Notes under the pieces: model-generated
Told to the model about the DNA's origin: nothing
Database searches by the model: none
The model's input: the letters and a program-made list of their open reading frames with translations, nothing else
Assembly: GCF_006345805.1 (NCBI RefSeq)
Contig: NW_021835208.1
Span: forward strand, 1-44,008
DNA: 44,008 bases
From: Octopus sinensis
Taxonomy: Eukaryota
Reading direction: 5' to 3'
In this document: piece after piece, positions 25,246-36,798 of the stretch
Numbering within the stretch: the stretch's first letter is position 1
Layout of the letters: every line of letters begins with the position of its first letter
Position numbers and translations under genes: made by a program

Positions 25246-25410
25246 TACGACGGGCTTCTTTCAGTTTCCGTCCACCAAATCCACCCACAAGTCTTTGGTC
25301 GGCCCGAGGCTATAGTAGAAGACACTTGCCCAAGGTGCCACGCAGTGGGACTGAACCCGTAACCATGTGATTCATAAGCAAGCTACTTACCACACAGCCA
25401 CTCCTACGCC
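24977..25410 (-). mobile_element. SINE family B
   Basis: Family consensus, minus strand, ending cacagccactcctacgcc. Confidence 0.92.
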
Positions 25411-25867
25411 TACAAATTATTTTGCTTGAAAAAGATTGAAAAAAAAAAATTCGAAAAAAAAGTTAAAAATTAAAAACTTGGGGGGGGGGATGAAATTAAA
25501 AATTTTGCAAACGTGGTCTTTTGCATATTCGGAATCTCCGTCATTGAAAACATAGCAATCCGGTGAACAGAAAAACAGTCTTGGTGACCGGACGATAAAC
25601 TAGATCCGGAAAGTTACGAGGGGAAAAAAACGAAACGTGTGAACTTTCCGACTGTCATCTCCCCACCTCTTCAGAAAACATTTTCCCCACAAATTTATTT
25701 ATAATCGTAATCTATGCTGTTTGAAAGGTGTTTCTGTAAAATTGTCATCAATATATATCCACTTTCCTAAAAGTTATGAAGGAAAAATCGGATCTTGTGA
25801 AAATTCCGAAAGTCCTCTCCCCACCCCACCCCACGTTCATTTGCATAATTTTTTCTTTTCATATTCA

Positions 25868-26030
25868 GGTGTAGGAGTAGCTGTGTGGTAAGAAGCTTGC
25901 TTACCAACCACATGGTTCCAGGTTCATTCCCACTGCGTGGCACCTTGGGCAAGTGTCTTCTACTATAGCCTCGGGCCGACCAAAGCCTTGTGACTGGATT
26001 TGGTAGACGGAAACTGAAAGAAGCCCGTCG

Positions 26031-26070
<40 letters not shown>

Positions 26071-26260
26071 TGTGTTTATCACTTGACAACCGATGCTGGT
26101 GTGTTTACGTCCCCGTAACTTAGCGGTTCGGTAAAAGGGAATCGATAGAATAAGTACTAGGCTTTCAAAGAATAAGTCCTGGGGTCGATTTGCTCGACTA
26201 AAGGCGGTGCTCCAGCATGGCCACAGTCAAATGACTGAAACAAGTAAAAGAGTAAAAGAG
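25868..26260 (+). mobile_element. SINE family B inserted in the right arm of the fold-back element
   Basis: Family consensus; the arm sequence resumes after aaaagagtaaaagag. Confidence 0.92.
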
Positions 26261-26634
26261 TGTTCCTTTTCTACACAGATTTTAACACCCAGCAGCCTGG
26301 GTTTTATATTTTCTTTTCGTTAACGGGAGTCAATCTTTATATTAACTCCGAGAAGTTTCATCTTTTTCATGTCACACCTATATCAGTAGTTATAACTTTT
26401 ATACACGATGACTTTCAGGGGCGGACCCAAGCTGGTGGTGGTGGGGCTGTGGGGTTGCGCGTGGTGGTCTCCTCAAGAAAAGAAGTGCTCCCTTCTTAAT
26501 AATGTTATTATTTTCACCTGGAATTGTATTCCCTTCTGACCGTGTGCTCTCACTTCGAAAAATTCCTGGGACCACGCCTGACATTGTTACTGAAACATGA
26601 AATTAATAACTGTAGATTACAGTAACGTATATTA

Positions 26635-27002
26635 TCTCTATATATATAAACGGCAAAATGTCTGTCTGTGTGTGTGTCCTTTATACAAATCCACAATTTT
26701 TCAGTTAGAGTTCTCGCACTTTCTATGGTCATTCAAAATCGTCCAAGGGTGGTCGTGCACAACTTTACATTTCCCCAGTCGCCCCGCAAAACCATTAAAA
26801 AATCAATAGAAGTGACTTTTTTGTGAATTTTCTATCCAAAACCCAATCAAAATGCCCGAAACTTGATACGCCAATTGAATGCCAGCAAGCTGTATGTGAT
26901 TGGTCGGAGACTTGGACAGTACTCGCGTGTATGTGCGCATGCACGCAGCTGCATATGCATGCACTAGCAGTATGACCCGGCAACGCCGGGTCATAGTGCT
27001 AG
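26635..27002 (+). mobile_element. Non-autonomous Helitron
   Basis: A|TC start (atctctatatatataaa), 3' hairpin tatgacccggc-aac-gccgggtcata, CTAG|T end. Confidence 0.85.
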
Positions 27003-27049
27003 TAACTAATGAAACTATTTTGCATAATATTAAAGAAATGAGTTTAAAA

Positions 27050-27620
27050 TTGTTTGGCATGCGTCACACGATGTACACAAACTGCCTCAACCAATTTCTC
27101 CTCGATAACTACGAGTCCAGCAACACAGTGACTGATGAGTAGGTACGTTGAAAGAACTTAGTATGAGGATGTGCCGAACAACTTTGATAAACAAACCTAT
27201 ATTGTCTGAAGTAAGAAAAATGCCTACAGAAACCTTGTAATAGCATGGCTTTATTTAAAAAAATATTCGACTCTGTTCCCCATTCATGGCTGCTAAAGTC
27301 CCTACATTTGGAACTTACCTGCTACTTTAGCTGTTGCCATTGAGAAGCTCACAGAGACTGGGACAATAATCCTCAACATTTAGAACGGAGAGCGCTAGGA
27401 TTGCAAGTCAAAAACAGGAGATTGTTACAAAATACCCAATTAACAAAAGAGACAGTGAAGCCCTTGGCGCCCCAAGATGCGACTGAAAATGTTGATTATG
27501 TCAGATTTAAGTAGAAGATATCTTACATAGGATCAGAAATATCATCAAGTACTACCTCCTAACGCTGCATGACGTTGTCGCTAAAACAATATACAATGCC
27601 AGACGATAAACCAAAACAAA
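27050..27620 (+). pseudogene. Decayed, internally deleted RLE-type LINE fragment (R4/Dong-like RT plus zinc knuckle)
   Basis: Through stops and frameshifts: NTVTDE*...GCAEQL/INKPILSEVRK...AWL/KKIFDSVPHSWLLKSL (27266-27289 = FDSVPHSW), then QEIVTKY, KC*LCQ..EDILH, LHDVVAKTIYNA. Confidence 0.7.
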
Positions 27621-27934
27621 AGACTGTCCTTAGCTAAATACAGGGAGCCCTTCTATTTTTGAATACATACACAAATATCAACACAAGGAATATTGTTGGG
27701 ATATTCCCATCAAAATGTTTATTAAGTGTAGATATAACAGGCCGGACATCGTTGGTTGAGACTGACAAGAAAATAAAATGTACAGGTCAACTTGTCTCCT
27801 GATGTTAGAATTTCTCCGAAAATCAAAAGGAAAGAGGAAAACTACGTAGAACTCCTTCAAAACTCTCAGATTATGGGATTTCTATTTATACTATATGGCG
27901 CGCAATCTGGCAGAATGCTCAGCGTTATTTCAGT

Positions 27935-28240
27935 GGAGGCGCAATGGCCTAATGGTTAGGACAGCAGATTCGCGGTCGTAGGATCGCGGTTTCGATTCTC
28001 AGACCGGGCGTTGTGAGTGTTTATTGAGCGAAAACACCTAAAAGCTCCACGTGGCTCAGGCAGGGGTGGGGTGGCGATCTCCGCTGTACTCTTTCGCCAC
28101 AACTTTATCTCACTCTTTCTTCTGTTGGCCTGCTCGCTTAGCCAGCAGGGTGGCGTCATTTGAAGGCTAAAACAATGCGAAGCGCATTGTGACCAGCGAT
28201 GTGTAGCAACATCTGATAGCCTGGTCGGTCACGGTGATCA
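27935..28240 (+). mobile_element. SINE family C, tail type 2
   Basis: Same head and core as 9568 up to ctcactctttcttc, then an unrelated tail ending cggtcacggtgat. Confidence 0.88.
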
Positions 28241-28516
28241 CAGAGATATTTATACTGTATTTATATTAATATGTATACCAATGATAATTGGTGCACTTGC
28301 ATTTCTGAGTGGATAGCTAGGTGACAATCAGGATAAGCTAGGGCGAAAAAGAAAGTGTCAGCTAATGTGTACATTACAAATACAGTCTGTAAACGGAACC
28401 GTAAAAATATGTAAGAATGTCTCAAGTTCAGAATCTGACATTGCATTTGTTATCTGCATTCCAATGATGGGGCATTTTATATACATACAACTATATATAT
28501 ATATATATATATATAC

Positions 28517-29031
28517 CATAAGGGACTAAAGCCATCTGAATATGGCTAGGGACAGGGCAGGGTGGTGGGGGTGTTACTGTTGCATTTAGCCCCAGGCGAA
28601 CATCAACGTCGCCAGATAGGCTTGACACCATCACGGCGTCCTCTATCCTGCAAAGGGAGATAATTCCCCGATGAAGCGGAAACCACACACGGACCTAGGT
28701 TTCAAGGCGTTTGCCTATTATCAACGTGTGGTAGGCAACGCTTCCTCGACGAACAACTCACTCTGCAGGATATTTATATATAGATTTTCAAGCAAAATAC
28801 ATTTGCTGATTTCGAAAATCTGTTCGACAGCAATAATAATTCTCTAAATGAGATATAGACAGTAACTGCTCCATAACATAAGGGACTAAAGCCATCTGAA
28901 TATGGCTAGGGACAGGGCAGGGTGGTGGGGGTGTTACTGTTGCATTTAGCCCCTGGTGAACATCAACGTCGCCAGATAGGCTTGACACCAGCAGTTACTG
29001 TCTATATCTCATTTAGAGAATTATTATTGCT
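28517..29031. repeat. 114-bp direct repeat plus perfect 42-bp inverted repeat
   Basis: 28517-28630 equals 28877-28990 (2 mismatches); 28829-28870 is the exact reverse complement of 28990-29031. Confidence 0.93.
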
Positions 29032-29073
29032 ATATATATATATATTTATGTGTGTGTGTGTGTGTTATCTATC

Positions 29074-29414
29074 ATCTTTCACATGTTTCATTGATTAGAC
29101 TGCGGCCATGCTGAATTTTTAGTCGAATGAATCGCCTCCAGTACTTTTTTTCAAGCCTGGTATTTATTTTATCTTTTTGTCGAACCTCTAAGTTATGTGG
29201 ATGCAAACACACCAACACATATACACAAATACACACACACACACACACACTATATAACGGGCTTCTTTCAGTTTCCGTCAACTAAATCCACTCGCAAGGG
29301 TTTGGACGGCTTGAGGATATTGTAGAAAACAGCTACCCAAGGTGCCACGCAGTGGGACTGAACCCAGAACCATGTGAGTGAGAAACAAGCTTCCTACCAC
29401 CCAGCCACGCTTGC
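29074..29414 (-). mobile_element. SINE family B, diverged
   Basis: Family consensus on the minus strand. Confidence 0.85.
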
Positions 29415-29437
29415 AACTACGTATATAATACTAATAC

Positions 29438-29666
29438 CTATTTCTTTACTACCCACAAGTGGCTAAACACAGAGAGGACAAACAAGGACAGACAAATGGA
29501 TTAAGTCGATTATATCGACCCCAGTGCGTAACTGGTACCTATTTAATCGACCCCGAAAGGATGAAAGGCAAAGTCGAACTCGGCGGAATTTGAACTCAGA
29601 ACATAGCGGCAGACGAAATACCGCTAAGCATTTCGCCCGACGTGCTAACGATTCTGCCAGCTCGCC
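29438..29666 (-). mobile_element. SINE family A, full length
   Basis: Family consensus on the minus strand, 24 bp from the head of a SINE B. Confidence 0.93.
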
Positions 29667-29694
29667 AGATACCAAGACGGTTATCTGTTGTCAG

Positions 29695-29765
29695 GAGTCG
29701 CTTAGTTTAATGGTACAGAGCGGTCAGCCGGAATTTGAGAGGTAAAGGGTTCGATTCTCCGTAGC
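29695..29765 (+). other. Decayed tRNA-like head (possible old SINE)
   Basis: A-box-like tagtttaatggta and B-box-like ggttcgattctc about 45 bp apart; no full cloverleaf. Confidence 0.3.
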
Positions 29766-29876
29766 AACTTGCTGGCCACTTTCTTCCCTCTTCTAAGGGT
29801 AATTACCCAAGCATCTAAGTCTGCCTTCACTGTTATTCTGCGTTCGAATTTCCTCTATTTCTGTAAAATACATATG

Positions 29877-29959
<83 letters not shown>

Positions 29960-29963
29960 TATA

Positions 29964-30020
<57 letters not shown>

Positions 30021-30023
30021 ATA

Positions 30024-30418
30024 TCTTTATATATAAAGAGAGGTTGTGCTGTCTGTCTCCTACGATTTAGATTCCTAACTACTCCCACATTTTTGCGGTG
30101 CAGTTTAACCAAAACCGGGTATCTTATAGTCGTGATTCATATCGAGCCCTTCTGGGTATTAGCGCGCGTCTACGATGAGTCTACGATTTAAAAAAAAAAT
30201 TTACCATCAATTTTTTCCCATTTTTAATGCATTTTGGCATATATAAGGGAGTAACTCTCTAAAAATTTATTATTAAATCTCAGAACGTAAAAAGCTACAG
30301 TAACACCCCCCCCCTTGTGGTTAGCCATATTGAGATGGCTATTATACTTTACATCTCTAAAAATGCTTATATAGTTATTTCCCTTACAAACCCGAGCAAC
30401 GCCGGGCGATACTGCTAG
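30024..30418 (+). mobile_element. Non-autonomous Helitron inserted in (TA)n
   Basis: A|TC start (atctttatatataaa...tgtctgtc), 3' hairpin cccgagc-aac-gccggg, CTAG|T end; ends resemble the 26635 element. Confidence 0.85.
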
Positions 30419-30859
30419 TATATATATATATATATATATATAGAGTAAAAAAATTCTCAATAAACTATGTGTCTCTATACGAACTCTCAATTGTTAGACA
30501 GTCCTGCTGTATATTCAGCGATGAGCTTAACAGAATATATCTCAACTTTTAAATATATCGAAATTGCATACAAACTTTCGGTGGGGGAATTAGATTTATA
30601 AGATGTGAAGAGAATTACGTATGTATTTTTGAAATGTGAAAATTCATCTTCGCAAACAACAGAACACCTCCTATCAGTCTGTTCTGCTGCAGAACGCAAC
30701 GACATGGAACGCACCCTACCGGCGGTCATAGACCTCATAAAGCTTACTGAAATATCTGCTGGCTTCTGCATTTTATTATTATTATTATTATTATTATATT
30801 ATTATTGCTGTTTTATTATTTTGTGTGTTTGGTTTTGTAGATTTTTTTATCATTTTTGA

Positions 30860-30867
30860 AAGAGATC

Positions 30868-30913
<46 letters not shown>

Positions 30914-31197
30914 CAAAAGAAGAAAAGAAAAAGACAACAAAATGTGAGTTCCTATACATTTGTTCCTTACTAAATCAACACTTCAAGAATCAGTAGAGAA
31001 TATTCTGTGGTTTAAAAATACAGAAACGGATCTATGATAGGATTCCTTTGAGTTAACGCATAATATATATATATGTGTGTGTATAGATATACCACATATA
31101 TTATATATATATATGTATGTATATATATATATATATATATATATCTTATATATATATATTATATATATATATAATATATATTATATATATATGTATA

Positions 31198-31242
<45 letters not shown>

Positions 31243-31268
31243 TATATATATATATATGTATATATATC

Positions 31269-31303
<35 letters not shown>

Positions 31304-31310
31304 ATGTATG

Positions 31311-31344
<34 letters not shown>

Positions 31345-31700
31345 TGTATGTATGTATGTGTGGTGTGTGTGTGTGTTTATGTTGTATGTGTGGTGTGTGT
31401 GTAGGCTTATACATACACTTCATTTTCTACTGTACTACAATGCTTCGGCCGAACAACAGCTCTCTCTCTCACACACACACATACACACACGCACGCACAC
31501 ACCCACATGTATGTATGTATGTATGTATGTATGTATGTATGTATGCATGTATGTATGAATGTATGTATGTATGTGTGTATGTGTGTATGAATGTATGTAT
31601 CTATGAATGTATGTATGTATGTATGTATGAATATATATATATGTGTGTGTGTATGTATGCGTGTGTGTGTGTGTGTGTGGATATACATATATGCATATAA
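30860..31700. repeat. (GA)n, (TA)n, (TG)n and (ATGT)n arrays
   Basis: Directly visible. Confidence 0.93.
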
Positions 31701-32291
31701 ATCTTTTGTTGCTGTTTTTGCTGTTCTGATGGAAAAAAAAGAAAGGAGAAAACTAAATTGAAAAAAACAAAGAAACCGGACATCTAAAGGAAAAACACAC
31801 ACCTAGACATAACAATACATACGCATGCACACCTACATTCATAATCATATACAAACACACGAGTAGAAACGAAATTTGGAAGGTGAATATGAGGGCAGAC
31901 ATGATATATGTCTGTAACGCCGTAAGAGAAAAAAAAAACGGAATGATTGTAAAAAAAAATATGACTAAACCACAAACCTTGAAATTTATTCAGTCATCGA
32001 CAAAGAGGCTGTTTTCTTACGAAATTATATAAGACATGGCGCAATAAGTTAGTTAACTAGCTAGACATAGAAGGAACACAGAGGACATTGAAGGAAAAAC
32101 TCTTTTCTCACCAAGGGAAGTTGTCAAGTCAAAGACAACCAGACATTCCATAAACAACAACAGAACAACAACCAAGGGAGATTCTCGAATCAAAGACAAC
32201 CAATTCCAAAAAAAAAACTTCATGAGTTTTGGAAGAAAAAACCTAAACAATCGAATACCTTTACTCTCTCCAATCATTCTAAGACGGTTAG

Positions 32292-32338
<47 letters not shown>

Positions 32339-32339
32339 A

Positions 32340-32371
<32 letters not shown>

Positions 32372-32396
32372 AACTACTACTACTGCTACTGCTACG

Positions 32397-32437
<41 letters not shown>
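32292..32437. repeat. (CTA)n microsatellite
   Basis: Directly visible; source of the poly-Y pseudo-ORF. Confidence 0.95.
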
Positions 32438-33164
32438 AGGTGGAGATTGGGCTGCATCGTTAATGCGTTGGGCAAAATGCTTTTAGTATATGTTTCAACT
32501 TCTTTATACTCTGAGTTCTGGATTTTTTGGGTGGTAAAACTTAATTCATTGTCTAGTGTAATACTAAGACCTGGTCCTAGAATACCTCTACTAATAAAAG
32601 GATTCAGACCAGATCTTCAGAAAAAGTTAACAAAGAATTAAAAGTACCCAAAGAGTGAATAACGATGTAATTATAGCGAGAGTATATGATACGTAAGAAC
32701 GTGAAATAAGAGAGTGGTGGGGGGAGACAGGAAGAGGAGAAGAGACAAAGAGAGAGAGAGAGGGGGGATATACTTGGGTGTGTATGTGTTACGTTGGGCA
32801 TCATTTAAATATACTTTACTTGAAAAATGACACGTGGTAAACACTCAAGCATAAACACACACACACACACACACATTGAGAAGGAGTGAGGAAGAAAGGA
32901 TGAGACAAAGAGGGTGACAATAGGAGAATGTTTCGGAAAAATTGAAGAAAGAAAAGTAAGAATAAAGTGAACAAGAATATATATGTATATATGTGTGTAT
33001 GTGTGTTTATTTATATATGTCTGGTGAGAAGATAAACAGCCGACAACTGATGAAGGGTTGTTCTTGATGTTACTTGCCTCGTTTCTCTCTTTGTTCGCAT
33101 ACCCAAGTTTGCCTTCGTATTTCATGTTGTTTAGGTTTTGTGACGTCCTGTACTCATATATGCA

Positions 33165-33379
<215 letters not shown>

Positions 33380-34659
33380 TAAGCATTAAGGGTTTAGCAA
33401 CGAATCGCCTTACCACACACCGAATTTAGAAATAGCAGTCAAAAAGTTATAGCTATTTCTTCTACTAAAAGGGAGATCACAGTAAAGACACAGCATTTGA
33501 AAGGCAAATACAAACAGGTAAGAGAGAATGAATTAACGGCAATCTATCATACAGTATATATATATATATATATATTGAAACCTTAGCGACTGAAGAAGGG
33601 GTTTTTTCGTTGTGTTAATTGTCCTGTACTCCATTTTTTGTTGTTTTTAAAAAAATGTCCAGTTCCTTTGGTTTGTGTCTATGTTTTCGTTTCTCTTTGT
33701 GTTCGACGTCCCTTTGGTGTCCTGTACTCATATATGCGTGTATATGTACATGTAGAGGTTGGTACGTACATATATGTTTATATATATGCATATGTTTTAT
33801 TTCATTTATTAATATATATATATATATATAGTATGTATATATACACACATATATATGTGTGTGTATAAATATATATATATATGTATTATTTAATTATTTA
33901 TGATATATGATTGAACGCCATGCATCCATTTCCAAGTAAGTTTAACTTATGTATGTATGTATGTTTGTTTGTTTGTTTATTTGTATGTATGTATGTTTGT
34001 TTGTTTGTTTGTTTGTTTATTTGTATGTATGTATGTATCTAAATATGTATTTATATATATATGTATAGAGGTACATGCGTATATGTGTGCGTGTTTGTGT
34101 GCATGCAGGAGGGAAGAGAGAAATAGAAAAAAAGGATGGTAAGTATACTATTTCAGCGCCTAACCTAAAAACAGCGTCAAGTTTTCTATGGCCACTAAAG
34201 ATGAAACAAATTCGTTTGCCCCTGTTGTATTATTGTTTGGTTTATGATTGATGGTCGTTATCAGACAAATATGGTGACTGAGGAAGTGCTGACAGCAGCA
34301 TCAATTAATTACTAACTGATGACTATCGCTGAGGAGATGGCTTGGAGATGGCCCTCCCCGTCAACCGTATCCACCACTGGCAGTATAAGACAAGATGGTG
34401 TTTGAATGCTAACAATATTTCTCCGGCTTCCAGCTGAGAGCTGTAGAAAAAGACAAAGAACCAAATAAAGAGAGGTTCCGTGAATTTTTTTTTACCCCAT
34501 AGTCAGGGTGTGCTTGTGACATTTTTTTTTTTTTTTGCCTGGCAGTCCAAAACTTGTGGTGAAAGTTACCCTCAAACTGGAAACCCCACCCGGCTTGTAA
34601 CTCAATGAATTATGTAAAAGACACCCAATGATCAGGTAGTGGTATTAAACTGGTTTTAA

Positions 34660-34886
34660 GGCGGTGAGCTGGCAGAATCGTTAGCACACCGGGCGAAATG
34701 CTTAGCGGTATTTCGTCTGCCGCTACGTTCTGAGTTCAAATTCCGCCGAGGTCGACTTTGCCTTTCATCCTCTCGGGGTCGATTAAATAAGTACCAGTTA
34801 CGCAATGGGGTCGATATAATCGACTTAATCCGTTTGTCTGTCCTTGTTTGTCCTCTCTGTGTTTAGCCCCTTGTGAGTAAAGAAAT
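34660..34886 (+). mobile_element. SINE family A, full length
   Basis: Family consensus; tattaaactg at 34643-34652 and 34890-34899 is a possible TSD. Confidence 0.93.
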
Positions 34887-36004
34887 TGATATTAAACTGT
34901 GTGATACATTTAGTCTGCTATCCAAGAGTGAAAGAAAAAGCGCCGCTTGTTATTTCATCTCTCAGTTTGAATCAAGTCTTTCTGTTATTTCACAAATTAT
35001 TCAAACATACAAGGAAGTTTGAAAATCTAGGATTATTGTGCGTGGAGCTAAAAACAAAATTGAAACGTGATAATAGTAAAAGTAAGTCTCTTTTACAAGG
35101 TGTCTTGAATGCCAATGAAGCAATAAATAGTATCACATTTAATTCAAATGAGCCACATGTGGGTCTTGAGTAACGCTTCCTCCAAATTCTTTCTTGGTTG
35201 TAATTTTGGGTGTTTTAGAACTAGAAAGCCGCTTTGATGTTATAGTATCAAGACCGATCGGCATATGATAGGTTCATATCTCGCAGGTGACTTTCTTTCC
35301 CTTCAAAGGTTATTTTTTAACCCACTGTATTATGAGCTATTATTTATTGAAACATTTGCATTCGAGATACTTCGTAAAGAAACTAATTTTCAAAACTCCG
35401 ACTATTCTAAGTGAGGGTCGAATAGAAAATAGATATTTTATTAGTTTGAGTGCGGTTTCGTGTTTAGCTAGAGAGGAAAAGATAGCACCCATGACCCTTT
35501 ATTCTTCGAGACATTTTAGAGAAAGTTCAACTAAAACAAGAGATCGAAGTCAAATCCTTGCGAAGATACCGAAGGACCGAGTTGTTGGCGACAGGAGGCC
35601 AATATCCTTCTATAATTGATGTCAAAGAAAAAATTATTCCACTGATTGTTATATATTTTATTTCCATATCAAAGGGTTCCATTATTTTTTAAATTATCTG
35701 AACCTACAGGAAATTTATGAACCTGGGAGCATTGCTCTTGAGATCGGAAAAATGTCAAATACTAAAAATAATGTGTGTGTGTGTGTGCGTTTGTGTGTGT
35801 GTATGTGTGTGTAGGTGCACGCGCGCATGTGTATGTGTTTAGTTAAGGAGGAGAGGGTAGTTTCCTTGACACTTCACTCTTTTGAAAGTTTTTTACACTT
35901 GTTGGAGAAAGTTATCCCCAAACCGGAGACCTAAACCAAAATTTTTGAACATCTAAATCACCCAATATATATATATTCTGGCCGGAATCAGATCGCCATG
36001 TTGA

Positions 36005-36205
36005 TTCGCTAGCCTCGCACGCATTTTTTTCTTTCCTTGTTTCTCTCGTTTTCTTTTCTGTGGTATCTTTCTGTTGAAGAGCGTAGGCTCGAAACGTAAA
36101 AAAAGACTGTTTTATTTATATTCCTGAGCGCCATACTAATACAATTGTTTGTTTGTATTCCACCTGCCTTCGTCTTTTGTTTATTTTCATAAAGCTTCCC
36201 GTTAT
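36005..36205 (+). mobile_element. Short non-coding element with a hammerhead-like motif and a tail ending at (TA)n (Penelope-like terminus, inferred)
   Basis: Contains the motif at 36066-36107; its last 48 nt recur exactly, inverted, at 10928-10975. Confidence 0.55.
36066..36107 (+). ncRNA. Minimal type I hammerhead-like motif, C3-G8 core with A6 to U
   Basis: UCUUU-CUGUUGA-A-GAGC(GUAG)GCUC-GAAA-CG-U-A-AAAAAAGA; palindromic stem III ACGU; stem I interrupted by extra A residues. Confidence 0.5.
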
Positions 36206-36217
36206 ATAGATATAATA

Positions 36218-36277
<60 letters not shown>

Positions 36278-36293
36278 ATAATATATTATTTAT

Positions 36294-36546
36294 ATTGCAG
36301 CGTGGAAGGTGTTTATAAGCCATTTAAGAAACACACAAAAACCGTTAGATTCACTTCAACATTTAAATTTAATTTGTCAAAATATTTTCGTCGCTTTGAG
36401 ACCGCGACTGTTACGAATTTGTCAGTGAACAGGTCGCAGTCTCAAAGCGACGAAAATATTTTGACAATTAAATTTAAATGTTGAAGTGAATCTAACGGTT
36501 TTTGTGTGTTTCTTAAATGGCTTAGAAACACCTTCCACGCTGCAAT
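36294..36546. repeat. 253-bp near-perfect palindrome (arms about 121 bp, 10-nt spacer)
   Basis: 36294-36414 versus 36425-36546: 2 substitutions and 3 single-base indels by eye; the left end abuts (TA)n. Confidence 0.95.
36416..36469 (+). ncRNA. Minimal type I hammerhead ribozyme candidate, G3-C8 swapped core
   Basis: UUGUCA-GUGAACA-G-GUCGC(AGUCUCAAA)GCGAC-GAAA-AUAU-U-U-UGACAA: 6-bp stem I, 5-bp stem II, palindromic stem III AAUAUU; all other core positions canonical. Confidence 0.6.
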
Positions 36547-36798
36547 TGTTTTCGTTCCAGCACACGATCTCAGATCAAGTCACTCGCTATGCAAGTACAT
36601 CTCCGTAATATATTTATATTATATATGCATAATATATATATTTTTTTTCAGCCCGTATTATATATGTATGTATATTTCTGAAAATTCAGTTGTCGCATTA
36701 GTGACTGAGGGTGCAAGGTAACACCTACATTGCTTCAAACAAGTGTCAAAGACCCTTATAGAGGGTCAGTACATAGACGTATGCTAAGGTCTTTGACT

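Larger units (their letters stand above)
23990..26352. mobile_element. Fold-back-type element: long imperfect TIRs built from 150-160 bp subrepeats, with two nested SINE B copies
   Basis: Left arm about 23990-24512 is the reverse complement of right arm about 25582-26352 (e.g. ggactttcggaaaattcacaagatccgattttt versus aaaaatcggatcttgtgaaaattccgaaagtcc; cctgctgggtgtt versus aacacccagcag). Confidence 0.75.

Noticed and set aside
26416-26580. caggggcggaccc...gggaccacgcctg possible small hAT MITE
   Set aside because: The TIR matches only about 12/16 and there is no 8-bp TSD.
27134-27160. ctgatgagtaggtacgttgaaa
   Set aside because: It lies in LINE RT coding sequence (VTDE) and stem II does not close next to GAAA.
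31994-32040. tcgacaa...cgaaattatataagac possible decayed hammerhead
   Set aside because: Stems II and III do not pair; too degenerate to support.
35245-35745. Weak inverted similarity (tcaaga...aggttcata) suggesting an old DNA transposon
   Set aside because: Too diverged to define ends, and no transposase motif was seen.
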